Part shown: positions 17,669 to 27,237 of the stretch, in pieces
How positions within the stretch are numbered: position 1 is the stretch's first letter
Layout: each line of letters opens with the position of its first letter
The notes under the pieces: generated by a model
Seen by the model: the letters and a program-made list of their open reading frames with translations, nothing else
Told to the model about the DNA's origin: nothing
Databases searched by the model: none
Position numbers and translations under genes: made by a program
DNA from: a virus
Strand: one strand, 5' to 3'
Length of the DNA stretch: 64,000 nucleotides
Virus record (IMG/VR): IMGVR_UViG_3300027806_000001
Coordinates: 119,469 to 183,468 of that record

Positions 17669-18099
17669 GCCTCCCCCTTCCGCATCGCGGCGATGGCGTT
17701 GTCGCAGCACGCAGTCAGCTTCATCTTCGCGTCGTGGCTGTGGGTCATGCTGTGGCACAGCATCACCGTTACCCGGTCCATCCATTCGGTCATGGTTTCG
17801 TTCCGCTCGCGCAGGTCGCTGGCGGCGGGCGGCTGCACGGCAGTACCGCCAAGTACTTCCTGCTTCCAAGTCGGCCAGGTCTGAACGACCCTGCTGGCGT
17901 CCTCAAGGTGCTTGACGAACCTCTGTCGCTCGCCCTCCAGCTCACTCCTGAGCCCGTTCCGCTCCGCGACGAGCGCGGTGAGGGTGGCGTAATAGTTCGC
18001 TGCGATATTGCTCGGGATCGTCGCAAAGGAGCGGTCGGCGGCTAGGCTCAGATACCCGAGCAGTCCCTTGATGTCGTTGTCGTTGGTGGGGTCACTCAT
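17665..18099 (-). CDS. Hypothetical protein (144 aa)
   Basis: ATGA coupling at both ends. Confidence 0.65.
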   Translation of the reverse strand: MSDPTNDNDIKGLLGYLSLAADRSFATIPSNIAANYYATLTALVAERNGLRSELEGERQRFVKHLEDASRVVQTWPTWKQEVLGGTAVQPPAASDLRERNETMTEWMDRVTVMLCHSMTHSHDAKMKLTACCDNAIAAMRKGEA

Positions 18100-18422
18100 G
18101 GCTCGACGCTCCAGTTGTTCCCTACGCTGTGCAGAGCCTTCGATGGGGTTCCATCCGATTTCATGGGATGCCCTCTGATGTACGGCTTGGACGGAGAATC
18201 ATGGAGAATGCCAGTAAGGAGGAACCCATCGATCGATGCGACGAAGTACCTCTTCCCGTTGCAATACACGGTCGATCCGACACGAATCCCAAACCGAATC
18301 TCCACCAGTTCGATCAGTTCCTCTCGGATGATCCTGCGGGTTTCGCTCAACTCCTCGGCGAGTTTTGATTCAATCCCTTGCATGTGTCGGATGCTGGCGA
18401 TCTTGTCGTTGATGTCAGGCAT
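18096..18422 (-). CDS. Hypothetical protein (108 aa), lower GC
   Basis: MPDINDK start overlapping the upstream stop. Confidence 0.6.
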   Translation of the reverse strand: MPDINDKIASIRHMQGIESKLAEELSETRRIIREELIELVEIRFGIRVGSTVYCNGKRYFVASIDGFLLTGILHDSPSKPYIRGHPMKSDGTPSKALHSVGNNWSVEP

Positions 18423-18672
18423 TGGCTTTCTTTCGATTCGTAGTCCGAACAGAGCGGACCTTTTTGTTGCGAGGGGTGCGGGCGAGGTGCTCAAGCCGAC
18501 GGAGGAGCTCGGACAAACGGTCGGCCTGACGGGAGAGTTCGCGGATCTCGCTGTCGCTGTCCGAGGAGGCTAGGCGCAGGCGCAGGGCTTCGTGTCCGCC
18601 GGAGAGGGCGTCGATGTATCGGGGGAGGTCTTTGCTGGAGACGATCAGCGTGTCGTTGGTCAGGTCAGGCAT
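18415..18672 (-). CDS. Hypothetical protein (85 aa)
   Basis: GGAGG RBS; MPDLTND... Confidence 0.6.
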   Translation of the reverse strand: MPDLTNDTLIVSSKDLPRYIDALSGGHEALRLRLASSDSDSEIRELSRQADRLSELLRRLEHLARTPRNKKVRSVRTTNRKKANA

Positions 18673-19033
18673 TGGGGGCCTCCTCCTGGTCGTCTCCGTA
18701 CAGCCTGGCCCTGGCGTCCAGGTGGCGGACGACCATCTCCCGGACCGCCTGGCGGCCGGAGCGGGTCGAGCTGAAGAAGTCGCGGATCTCCTCCCGCACC
18801 GCGGCGTTGAGCGCAAGCTTGACCTCCTCGTCGATGACATGCTGCAGGTTCTCGTCGGAGCAGTAGGACTCGACGGCCTTCGCGACCATCGAGTCGACCT
18901 TCACGGTCTCCTCGGACAGGTGCCTGATCATCGTGCTCTTCATGAAGTCGACCTCCAGCTTGATGATCGGCTGCCTCATGAGCTTGGTGGAAAACCTCTC
19001 GGGCAGGAAGGGATTGTTGCGTTCGTCGGTCAC
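18665..19033 (-). CDS. Hypothetical helical protein (122 aa)
   Basis: AGGAG RBS; GTGA overlap. Confidence 0.65.
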   Translation of the reverse strand: MTDERNNPFLPERFSTKLMRQPIIKLEVDFMKSTMIRHLSEETVKVDSMVAKAVESYCSDENLQHVIDEEVKLALNAAVREEIRDFFSSTRSGRQAVREMVVRHLDARARLYGDDQEEAPNA

Positions 19034-19302
19034 GGTGTCTCCTTTTTCTCCAGTCTGGCGAGGGTGTCGGACATCAGTCTGTTAAACAGCCCCAGTTTGG
19101 TCACCAGCTCCTCCGCAGCCTCGGCCCTGCCCTCCTGGAGCCTGGCCTTGTTCTCCATGCACTGGAGCTGCATCTTGGTCAAGGTCAGCTCCTGCTCCCG
19201 CGCGACCTGTTCCGTCAATCGGGAGGCCAGGCGGGCCATCTGCTCAAGCAGCCCTTCAACCTGAGATCGCAACTCCCCGACCTCTTGCTCCAGATCATTC
19301 AT
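19030..19302 (-). CDS. Coiled-coil hypothetical protein
   Basis: Heptad-rich sequence; coupled to the GroES gene. Confidence 0.65.
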   Translation of the reverse strand: MNDLEQEVGELRSQVEGLLEQMARLASRLTEQVAREQELTLTKMQLQCMENKARLQEGRAEAAEELVTKLGLFNRLMSDTLARLEKKETP

Positions 19303-19630
19303 CTGCAGGGCTCCTCGCCGCCAGGATCTCCGTGGCCCGCATGATCAGGTACCCCTCGGGCATCGGGGTCTCCATGCCGGCGAAGGCGCTGTACAGCACC
19401 TCGTCTCCCGGCTTGAGCACAGGGACGTAGCCGCCCTTCCTACGCAGGTTGTCGCACGGGCCGACCTTCACGACCACCCCGTGCTTGGACTGGAAGTCCC
19501 TGCGGTCCTCGGGGACGATGATGCCGTGCTCGGTCGTCTCGGGCGCCTTGTTCTTGCGCACGACCACCCAGTCGTGCAGCGGCTGGAAGCGCTCCAGCTC
19601 CTCTTCCGTCAGTCTCGGAACGATAGCCAT
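19295..19630 (-). CDS. groES: Co-chaperonin GroES (Cpn10)
   Basis: FQPLHDWVVVRK, TEHGIIVPE, GVVVKVGP, LKPGDEVLYSAFAG, YLIMRATEILA. Confidence 0.92.
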   Translation of the reverse strand: MAIVPRLTEEELERFQPLHDWVVVRKNKAPETTEHGIIVPEDRRDFQSKHGVVVKVGPCDNLRRKGGYVPVLKPGDEVLYSAFAGMETPMPEGYLIMRATEILAARSPADE

Positions 19631-19659
19631 GTCCTGGTCCTTTCTTTAAGACGAATTGA

Positions 19660-19914
19660 TCACTTGCCGGCGCGCACGGCGGTCACCCGGTAGGGTCCGG
19701 TCCGGATAGTCTGGCCGACCCCGACACCGAACGACATGTCCACCATGAACGAGTCCTGTTCGCAGGGGACGAACGTCACCGTCGCACCCTCCGAGCTGAA
19801 CACGGAGCGGAGGTACTCCAGCGCCGCGTCGACGGTCCTGAACGTGCTCTTCGAGGGCTGCGGGCTCCACCTGCCGCGCCTCCTGCGCTTCACCATGTAT
19901 ACGGTTCTCTCCAT
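19660..19914 (-). CDS. Hypothetical protein (84 aa)
   Basis: AAGGG RBS; fills the gap in a co-oriented run. Confidence 0.6.
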   Translation of the reverse strand: MERTVYMVKRRRRGRWSPQPSKSTFRTVDAALEYLRSVFSSEGATVTFVPCEQDSFMVDMSFGVGVGQTIRTGPYRVTAVRAGK

Positions 19915-20026
19915 CCCTTCGTCCTTCTCAGCAGAGGGCCGTCGGACCGATGCCGGTCAGCAGCCGCATCCTGGGCGTCATGAAGGGCCATGCGGCCAGC
20001 AGCCATGTCATTGCTCGGGGCCCCTT

Positions 20027-20329
20027 TCATCCATAGCGGCTGACGCGATCGATGGCCACTTGAACAAGCTTTTGCACGAAATCGTCGGTGACGGCCTTGG
20101 CCAAGGCATCCCTGATCTGCGCCTGGATCTGTTCCTTGTAGGTCTCCCGCAGCTGAGTCTCGATGATGGCCGAAACATGATGCTTGATGACCTGGTCGAA
20201 CGGGTTGTTGTAGGTGGCCTGCAGGTCCTTCATCACTCTGGCGACGCTGTCCTTGACGGCGTTGCCGATCTGGCTTTCCAGCACAGCCTTGGCGACGAAC
20301 TCGTTGATCTGCTCCGGGGTAAGCTGCAT
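20027..20329 (-). CDS. Hypothetical helical protein (100 aa)
   Basis: AAAGGGAA RBS; MQLTPEQINEF... Confidence 0.7.
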   Translation of the reverse strand: MQLTPEQINEFVAKAVLESQIGNAVKDSVARVMKDLQATYNNPFDQVIKHHVSAIIETQLRETYKEQIQAQIRDALAKAVTDDFVQKLVQVAIDRVSRYG

Positions 20330-20352
20330 TTGGTTCCCTTTCTTTGTTTTAG

Positions 20353-21276
20353 TTACGGCTTCGGCGGCTCCAGGTCGGCCTTGGTGCGCAGCCCGTTCCG
20401 CTCCTTGATCTTGGCCACGATCTCCTTGGTCAGGTCGCTCTGCACCTTGGAGGCCAGGCCGTCCGGGCCGAAGATCCTGGCCTTCTCGTCGTCCGTCATG
20501 CTCTCCTTGAGGATCTCGATCATCTCGACGATCTCCTTGACCGCGGCCTCCTTGCGGGTGCTGCTCAGGATGGTGCGGGCGATCAGGCCCGCGCCTCCGG
20601 CAAAGCCGATCACGACCAGCACCGCGCCCACCTTGGCGATCTCCTCCATGTAGTAGTGGGAGGCCGCCGCGAACCCCAGCATCATCACGCCGAGCAGGGC
20701 CATGGAGCCGCCGTAGCCCTTGTTGAGGAACAGGGCCACGGCGGCTCCCGCCGCCAGCAGTATGAACCCGATCACCCAGAACATCGTGATGTAGCCGTAG
20801 AGCTTCTCGAGGGCGGCGGCCCTGCCGGCCTCCAGGGCCGACTCGAGCTTGATCAGCTTGTCCTCCAGCTGGTCGACCTTGGTCACCAGCTCGGAGAGCT
20901 TGGCCGTCTCCTTGCGGAGCTTGCCGGCCTCGTCCTCGATGTTCTCCGCCCTGGCCTCGATCTTGTGCATGCCCTCCTGCACCGACTCCAGCGCAGGGCG
21001 CTGAGGCTCGGGCACGGACGGCAGGACCTCCTTGACGGACGCCTTCGCCGCCACGGCGGTCGCCTTGACCTCCACGGCATCCTGCTCGATCGAGCCGATG
21101 GAGGCGTTGGAGTGGTCGAGGACCGACTGCAGGCTGGTGCTGTTGGCCGCCGGCTTGTCGGCAAGCGGAACCGGCGGTTCCTGCTTCGGCGGGCCCTTGC
21201 AGGAGGCGAGGAAGCAGAGGCAGAGGACGAGGGCCGTCAGACCAGCCCGCACGAGAAAGCGATGAGTAGTGCCCAT
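20353..21276 (-). CDS. Lipoprotein with coiled coil and three C-terminal TM helices (spanin-like topology)
   Basis: Lipobox LAS-C26; heptad region about residues 45-160; TM segments ITMFWVIGFILLAAGAAVALFL, SMALLGVMMLGFAAAS, VGAVLVVIGFAGGAGLIA. Confidence 0.7.
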   Translation of the reverse strand: MGTTHRFLVRAGLTALVLCLCFLASCKGPPKQEPPVPLADKPAANSTSLQSVLDHSNASIGSIEQDAVEVKATAVAAKASVKEVLPSVPEPQRPALESVQEGMHKIEARAENIEDEAGKLRKETAKLSELVTKVDQLEDKLIKLESALEAGRAAALEKLYGYITMFWVIGFILLAAGAAVALFLNKGYGGSMALLGVMMLGFAAASHYYMEEIAKVGAVLVVIGFAGGAGLIARTILSSTRKEAAVKEIVEMIEILKESMTDDEKARIFGPDGLASKVQSDLTKEIVAKIKERNGLRTKADLEPPKP

Positions 21277-21318
21277 GCCAGGAATATACCTGCGGCCCGG
21301 GCCAGAGTCCACCACGGC

Positions 21319-22503
21319 CTACGCATGGGGAGGCTCCTGCCTCGTCCAGGACGGGTCGGCCGTCACCGGGATCTCGATCCACTTCTTCTTGTCGCCCAGG
21401 GAAACCTTGCCCCAGGACTTGCTAGCCACCACCAGGCGCTCGGAGGTCATGCCGCCTTGGCCCTTGCGGAGCGCCAGCTTCTGCTCCAGCTGCCGGGAGC
21501 CGCAGGCACGGCCTCGATAGTCGCTCAGCAGTTCGAGGCTGGTCATCGTGCTGAGCAGCCTGCGCCGCATTTCCTCGACCCTGGAGTCGGGCATGGAGAT
21601 GCGCCGCGACTGGATGCGGCGGGCGGCATGCACCAGGTCCAGCACGCCCTGCAGGGCGTGCACGGGGACAGGAGCCAGGTGATCGCCGGTCAGCAGCAGC
21701 TCCAGCAGCAGCCCGCCCTCCGAAAAGTCGGAGTGCATCAGCGACAACCTGAACGCCATGGGCAGCCTTTCCGACAGACCCGGCTTCCAGCAGTCCAGCA
21801 TCCGGTCGAACGGCTCCAGCACCTCCGCGCATGTCCTCACCTCGTCCGAGATGCCGGGACCGAATCCGGATCCGTCAGGAGCCAGCACGGCGGCCAACAC
21901 GTCAGGATGGCTCAGGGCCCCCCAGAGGATCCCGTCGAAGAGACCCCTGAGGGAGCGTCTCTGCAGGATCTTGGCGGGCACATCGTCGGGACGCGAGGCC
22001 CAAAAGACCCCCATGGTCTGCCGGATCTGCTCGGCGTCGGTCAGCACCTTGCGGTTGCAGAACAGCACGTCGTGCGCAAACCTGAGCTGCGTCGCCCTGT
22101 CCATGTGCACGTTGTGGCAGAGTCCCCGGAAGGTGGTCCAGAAGAACATCGGGCGCCGGTTAGGCTGGTCCTCGGCGGCCCAGGCCGCGGAGATCATCCT
22201 GGAGACGAACTCCGGGTCGCACTCGCATCCGGCCAGGACCTGCCAGATCGACTTCTGCATGGCCGACGAGGAGGACAGCAGCCAGTCCCTGGACTCGACA
22301 GGGATCATCCCCCGCACAGCCTCCGGCAGCTTCACCTTCCGGTGGTCGCCGGGGCGGGCCGAGCACATCGTGTTCGTGAAATTGCAGTCTGGGCACTCCC
22401 CGCTGCATGCCTTATGGTCCGCGCCGATCTTCAGCGCGTAGACCCTCCAGTAGTCCTTGACCGGATAGGAGCACACCGGCGGCTCAGTCTTCGTTGCAGT
22501 CAT
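21319..22503 (-). CDS. Hypothetical protein (394 aa) with N-terminal Cys cluster
   Basis: CSGECPDCNFTNTMC; GGAGGGA RBS. Confidence 0.7.
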   Translation of the reverse strand: MTATKTEPPVCSYPVKDYWRVYALKIGADHKACSGECPDCNFTNTMCSARPGDHRKVKLPEAVRGMIPVESRDWLLSSSSAMQKSIWQVLAGCECDPEFVSRMISAAWAAEDQPNRRPMFFWTTFRGLCHNVHMDRATQLRFAHDVLFCNRKVLTDAEQIRQTMGVFWASRPDDVPAKILQRRSLRGLFDGILWGALSHPDVLAAVLAPDGSGFGPGISDEVRTCAEVLEPFDRMLDCWKPGLSERLPMAFRLSLMHSDFSEGGLLLELLLTGDHLAPVPVHALQGVLDLVHAARRIQSRRISMPDSRVEEMRRRLLSTMTSLELLSDYRGRACGSRQLEQKLALRKGQGGMTSERLVVASKSWGKVSLGDKKKWIEIPVTADPSWTRQEPPHA

Positions 22504-22756
22504 GCGAATCCCTCCTTCTCTCTTTCTCGATCCTGGATATCACGGTCCGGGCCACGGATGCGGCCCCGAGCCTCACCAGGGAGCGCAGCGCCGGCGGAGG
22601 CGCCCGCAGCTCCCCGGATTCCGCCTGCCCCACCAGCTGCTCCATGTAGGAGAGCATGGCGGTCAGGTCGTCGAGCGAGACCGCCTCGAGCTTGGAGTCG
22701 GCGGCGGACACCATCTGCTCGGCGCGGACCATCAGCCTCATCTGGCTGGGCGTCAT
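22484..22756 (-). CDS. Hypothetical protein (90 aa)
   Basis: AAAGGAAA RBS. Confidence 0.6.
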   Translation of the reverse strand: MTPSQMRLMVRAEQMVSAADSKLEAVSLDDLTAMLSYMEQLVGQAESGELRAPPPALRSLVRLGAASVARTVISRIEKERRRDSHDCNED

Positions 22757-22784
22757 CGCTTTCCTTTCGGGTTGTGTGTGCGGG

Positions 22785-23222
22785 TCACCTGGCCGACACG
22801 GCCAGGGAGACCACCTCGGCCCTCACGACGACGGCGTCGGAGGCCCTCTCGACGGCGCAGGCCGAAGCCCGCACCCCGTCCTCCAGCTCCTCGGCCATGA
22901 GCTCGGCGCAGTCCCCGTCCTGCAGGACGGCCTCGACGCACCATTCCTCCAGCCGCGGACCGTGGGGGTCCCTGTACCTGACCACCACCAGATGCAGGAT
23001 GTCCTTGGGCGAGGCCTCGAACTCCAGCTCCAGCTCTATGAAGTCGCCCCTGGGCTCCAGCAAGGTGAGGCCCAGGGGCGTGAAGTCGTGCAGCGGCCGG
23101 CGGTCGGACGAGGCGTCGAAGTCCTCGTCCATGTCGTCCTCCAGGTCGAGGTCGTCGCAGTCCGGCTCCTCTTCTTCGGAGGAGATCTCGGAGTACCTGA
23201 GGTAGACGGTGCTGCTCTTCAT
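22785..23222 (-). CDS. Acidic hypothetical protein (145 aa)
   Basis: D/E-rich N-terminal half. Confidence 0.6.
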   Translation of the reverse strand: MKSSTVYLRYSEISSEEEEPDCDDLDLEDDMDEDFDASSDRRPLHDFTPLGLTLLEPRGDFIELELEFEASPKDILHLVVVRYRDPHGPRLEEWCVEAVLQDGDCAELMAEELEDGVRASACAVERASDAVVVRAEVVSLAVSAR

Positions 23223-23235
23223 CTGATGTCCGCGG

Positions 23236-23604
23236 TCACTTGGTCTTGGACTTCGACTCGGGGACGAAGACCGTGCTCTCCGAGCAGCCTGCCGAGCAGC
23301 TGCCGCGGACGTAGCCGATGGCCTGGGTGGACACCGAGTAGATCCAGCCGCCCTCGACCTTGAGCCGGCGGGTGGTGCGGCGGAACGCGTTGGTGGCGTC
23401 CCCGAAGCGGCCGACGTTGAAGGTCTCGCTCCCGAGGTTCTCCCATTCCGCTTCCGAAGCCGCGGCGGGCTCGGCCTGAGGCTCCGGCGCCGGGGACGTC
23501 TCCGGGGCGAACGCCGCCTTCTCCGTGGGGCTCATGTGCGGCGAGGCCGTCGCCTTGAGCGGGGTCTCAGAGATGTTTCCTGTGGTGATCGACTGCATGG
23601 GCAT
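23236..23604 (-). CDS. Phage hypothetical protein
   Basis: AGGAG RBS; TRRLKVEGGWIY motif recalled from other phage small proteins. Confidence 0.65.
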   Translation of the reverse strand: MPMQSITTGNISETPLKATASPHMSPTEKAAFAPETSPAPEPQAEPAAASEAEWENLGSETFNVGRFGDATNAFRRTTRRLKVEGGWIYSVSTQAIGYVRGSCSAGCSESTVFVPESKSKTK

Positions 23605-23606
23605 GG

Positions 23607-24632
23607 CTATTCTCCTGTTTTTCCGAAGGCCGATTCGAGCGGCTCTTGCGCCAGTGTAGCGACTGGCGCCTGGCTTGCAACATCCGTCGCCCGGACCTTC
23701 CGGGGATCGGTGACTAGAAAGATCCTCCTGCGGGCGTGCACGTCGGCCCTGTACCTCTCCAGGCAATGCAGGGTGGAGCTGGACTCCAGCAGGTGGCTCG
23801 AGGCGGCGAGGACCAGGGGACAGCAGTCCATGGCCCTGCGCACCCCGTCGGCCAGGTCGACCGCGGTCCTGACGGTGACCTCGCGGCCGGCCTTCTGCAG
23901 GGCCAGCCGCAGGCGTCCGAGCCTCCTCCTGACCGGCTGGAGCCTGTCGCGGTGCACGAGCACGAGGTACGAGTTGACGTTGTGGGGCACGGTTTCCAGC
24001 AGCGCGGCGCCGGTGGTCCTCGCCGCCAGGGACTCCCTGGAGTCCAGGCAGGCCCTCACGTGCCGGAGGATGTCGGGCTTCCGGGCCGGCTCGTAGCCCG
24101 CCATCGTCTCCCTGAACGGAATCTCCTCGCGGACGACCAGGGCCTCCACCTCCTCGCCCCAGGGCTGCAGCTCGGAGACCTTGTCGAACAGGGCCAGCGC
24201 CGACCGCATGTGGCAGTGCGGGCAGAAGACGGACCGGCAAGGGTGCCCTCCGGTGCCGCCGGCACGGAAGCCCATCGGGGCGCAGGTCTCGAGCCGGACC
24301 ATGTTCTTGTTGTCCTTGCAGTCCATCTTGCTCCAGGCCCGGTACACGAAGCTCCGCCAGAAGGCTCCCATGGCTGCGCGGGTGATCGTGGACCTGCGGA
24401 GGTGCCACGGAGCGTTGGCCAGCAGGGCGGTTCCGCCGGGTATCAGCCTGTCGATGTTGGCCTTCTTCCTGGTGGGCGGCACCAGGTAGCTCTGCACCGC
24501 CAGGTTGGGGCGGCCCTTCAGCGAGTCGAACAGGTCGCTCAGCACGTCGCCGAGCATCGGGGACAGGCCGACGGGCATGCGCACGAGCGACACCGTCGGA
24601 AAGAACGGCTCCGCTTCCTCTTCCACGTTCAT
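23607..24632 (-). CDS. Hypothetical protein with CxxxxCPxC zinc motif
   Basis: RLETC...HPCRSVFCPHC. Confidence 0.7.
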   Translation of the reverse strand: MNVEEEAEPFFPTVSLVRMPVGLSPMLGDVLSDLFDSLKGRPNLAVQSYLVPPTRKKANIDRLIPGGTALLANAPWHLRRSTITRAAMGAFWRSFVYRAWSKMDCKDNKNMVRLETCAPMGFRAGGTGGHPCRSVFCPHCHMRSALALFDKVSELQPWGEEVEALVVREEIPFRETMAGYEPARKPDILRHVRACLDSRESLAARTTGAALLETVPHNVNSYLVLVHRDRLQPVRRRLGRLRLALQKAGREVTVRTAVDLADGVRRAMDCCPLVLAASSHLLESSSTLHCLERYRADVHARRRIFLVTDPRKVRATDVASQAPVATLAQEPLESAFGKTGE

Positions 24633-24648
24633 GCTTCCTCTCTCTTTC

Positions 24649-27225
24649 TTAGGCCGGCAGCTGGACCACGATGATGTTGCCGACTCCTACGTTGTAGTTC
24701 AGGGTGATGGACGTCGCCGTGCCGTAGGCCGCCTGCCTCACCGACGACGCGTTGGCCTGCTTGGCCAGCAGGACGCCCGCCACGTAGACCTGGCACTTGG
24801 GATTCGTCGCGAAGTTCGAAGGCACGACCAGGGCGCCCGGGCTGGACGCGGACTCGTACACCAGCGTCCCCGTGTTCGCCAGGTACACCAGCTGGGTGTC
24901 GAACACCGACAGGGTGAGCGGGTTGGCCGAGGTCCATCCGATCGGCAAGGATACAACGCGGAACGATATCTCGACGATCGCGTTGACGAGTCCGTCGACG
25001 TAGCCCTTGGTGGCGGCGTCGGTGGACGCGGTCGGGGTTCCGACCTCGGAGATCTTGTTGCCGTGCGCCGTGGCGCCGGTGGACGTCGCGGAGAACCTGG
25101 TGGTGCCGTTGACGAACAGCGAGCAGTAGCTGCCTCGGGTCTGCCCCAGGCCGGTGGTGGACTCTCCGGAGAACGAGTAGGTCGGAGTGCCGCTGGTCGA
25201 CGTGCCTCCGTACGTGGCGATCGAGTTGTTCAGGTACACCAGCGGGGTGTTGAATCCCCCGCCGGCTCCGGTGAGGGTCGGACCGGTCATGTTCAGCCGG
25301 AAGAGGGGATTGCCGCTGAGCGAGAATCCGATCTCCGAGCTGGAGTTGGTCATGTACATGGCCAGGGGGCCACGCGACAGCAGGGGATCCGTCGCCGTCG
25401 TGTCGATCTCCACGGACAGGCCGCCCGTGAGGGGCACCGTGCCGTCCGCCCTCAGCAGCCCTGAGGACAGCGTGGAGAACGGCACCCAGGAGGACGTCGT
25501 TCCGGACAGCTGCAGCACGCCGCCGTCCAGGCTGTTCTCCGGCAGCGGGAAGACCGAGTTGGCCGCGGAGACCGGCGCCTTGACCTGGGCCAGGCCGCCG
25601 CCGGACGTCAGCAGGTTGATCCTGCCGGGGCTGGAGACGGAGCCCACGGCCAGGGAACCTCCCTGGTACCGGAGGTTGGGTTCCTCGACGTACCCGGTGC
25701 CGGCGACGGCGATGGCCAGCGCGCCGGCCACCGTGGCGCCCGGGATCCGGCCGTCCACGTACGCCTTGGTGGCCGCGTCCTGGCTCAGCGTAGGGGTGGC
25801 CAGGTTGGAGATCTTGAGGCTCTCCATCGACATGCCGCCGCTGTTGAACTCGACGACCTTGGCGCCCTGGACAGCCACTCCCATGGCATTGGTGGACGCC
25901 CTGAAGACGCCCAGGCCGGTGGCCGATGGGAACGTGTAGGCTGGCTTGGTCGGGTCGTTCTCTCCGACCGTCGCGTCGATGAGGATCTTGGCGGAGGCCG
26001 AGGCGCCCCCGGCGGCCGGCTCGATGCTGGTGGCCGAGATCTTGGCCGTGGCCGCGCCGCCTAGGATCACCTGGACGTCCGTGCCGCCGGAGATGAGGCC
26101 GGCGGTGCCGATGTTCAGCGCCGGCTTGATCACGCTGCCTGCGGCGACGCTCAGGGTCGACGACGGCTGGAGGGCGAAGTCCTTGTTTGCCTCTGCTGTG
26201 TTGACCGTCGAGACGATCGCCTGGCTGCCGATGAAGCGCTGGCCGGAGGCCGAGATCAGCACGATGCCGTCCGAGGACGAGTCGTACCAGATCGATCCCA
26301 CGGGGTTGGAGTTCGGGTCGATCAGGCTGGCGGAGGCCAGGGCCAGGCCGGTGTTCATCTGCAGGTACGGCGCGACGGAGTTGCCTCCCACGTTGGCCGG
26401 CTTGACCGCGCGCCAGACCTCGGCGCCGTCCACCTGCATGACCAGGCGCCGGGCCGCGGCGCCCAGGTTGCCCGGGGTCACGAAGCCGAAGCCGGTGTCG
26501 TACGACGACGAATAGATCGAGCCGTAGCCGCTGAGCACCAGGGACAGCGCCGAGGTCGTGGACGCCGGCAGCGCAAAGGGCTTGGTGTTGGCCAGGTAGT
26601 ACTGGGCCTGGTCGCCGAGCACCGGCTCGGGCATGGGCTGCCAGGACGAGGTGGCCCCGCTGTTCACCAGCACGTAGCCGGGAATCATGGCCGAGGCCGC
26701 AGGCAAGGTGTAGGCCGTGCCGCCCGTGCCGATCCGCAGCCTGTTGACCTCGAAATGGGCGGAGCCGGTCATCGTGACCGACGCCGAGTCAGCCGTGACC
26801 GTCAGGCTGTTGACGACGTGGTTCTCGGCCAGGTCGCCCGAGGTGCTGGTCTGCGAGAACGTGACGCTGTCCACCACGGTGCCGCCGGTGGTGGTGGCGG
26901 CCACCCTCAGGTTCTGCAGGTTGGACGAGCCGTCCAGCAGCCTCAGGGTGAGGTCGGACTCCAGCCTGAGGACCTGGTTGGACGCGAGGTAGGCGTCCAT
27001 CACGGCCTGGACGTTGATCAGGCTGGGCAGCGAGGCGTAGGCCAGGACCGGGCCGGCCGCCACGGACAGCACCTGTCCCACGGACCCGATCGCAGGCAAC
27101 GGGTTCGTCACCTGGTTCAGGACGTAGTCGAAGTTGTCCGCGGCGGCCAGGGCCAGGCCGTTGTGGGCGTCGAGGAGGCCCTTGTCGGACAGCGTGACGA
27201 ACTGCTTGGTCGGGGTCAGTGACAT
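24649..27225 (-). CDS. Tail fibre-like structural protein (858 aa)
   Basis: G/S/T/A-rich beta-type composition; two DAATK(A/G)YVDG motifs typical of phage fibre proteins. Confidence 0.75.
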   Translation of the reverse strand: MSLTPTKQFVTLSDKGLLDAHNGLALAAADNFDYVLNQVTNPLPAIGSVGQVLSVAAGPVLAYASLPSLINVQAVMDAYLASNQVLRLESDLTLRLLDGSSNLQNLRVAATTTGGTVVDSVTFSQTSTSGDLAENHVVNSLTVTADSASVTMTGSAHFEVNRLRIGTGGTAYTLPAASAMIPGYVLVNSGATSSWQPMPEPVLGDQAQYYLANTKPFALPASTTSALSLVLSGYGSIYSSSYDTGFGFVTPGNLGAAARRLVMQVDGAEVWRAVKPANVGGNSVAPYLQMNTGLALASASLIDPNSNPVGSIWYDSSSDGIVLISASGQRFIGSQAIVSTVNTAEANKDFALQPSSTLSVAAGSVIKPALNIGTAGLISGGTDVQVILGGAATAKISATSIEPAAGGASASAKILIDATVGENDPTKPAYTFPSATGLGVFRASTNAMGVAVQGAKVVEFNSGGMSMESLKISNLATPTLSQDAATKAYVDGRIPGATVAGALAIAVAGTGYVEEPNLRYQGGSLAVGSVSSPGRINLLTSGGGLAQVKAPVSAANSVFPLPENSLDGGVLQLSGTTSSWVPFSTLSSGLLRADGTVPLTGGLSVEIDTTATDPLLSRGPLAMYMTNSSSEIGFSLSGNPLFRLNMTGPTLTGAGGGFNTPLVYLNNSIATYGGTSTSGTPTYSFSGESTTGLGQTRGSYCSLFVNGTTRFSATSTGATAHGNKISEVGTPTASTDAATKGYVDGLVNAIVEISFRVVSLPIGWTSANPLTLSVFDTQLVYLANTGTLVYESASSPGALVVPSNFATNPKCQVYVAGVLLAKQANASSVRQAAYGTATSITLNYNVGVGNIIVVQLPA

Positions 27226-27237
27226 GGTCCGGCTATT

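Noticed and set aside
17665-19302. Consecutive genes with similar N-termini (MPDLTND, MPDIND, MSDPTND)
   Set aside because: M-[PST]-D starts are common and the similarity does not extend further
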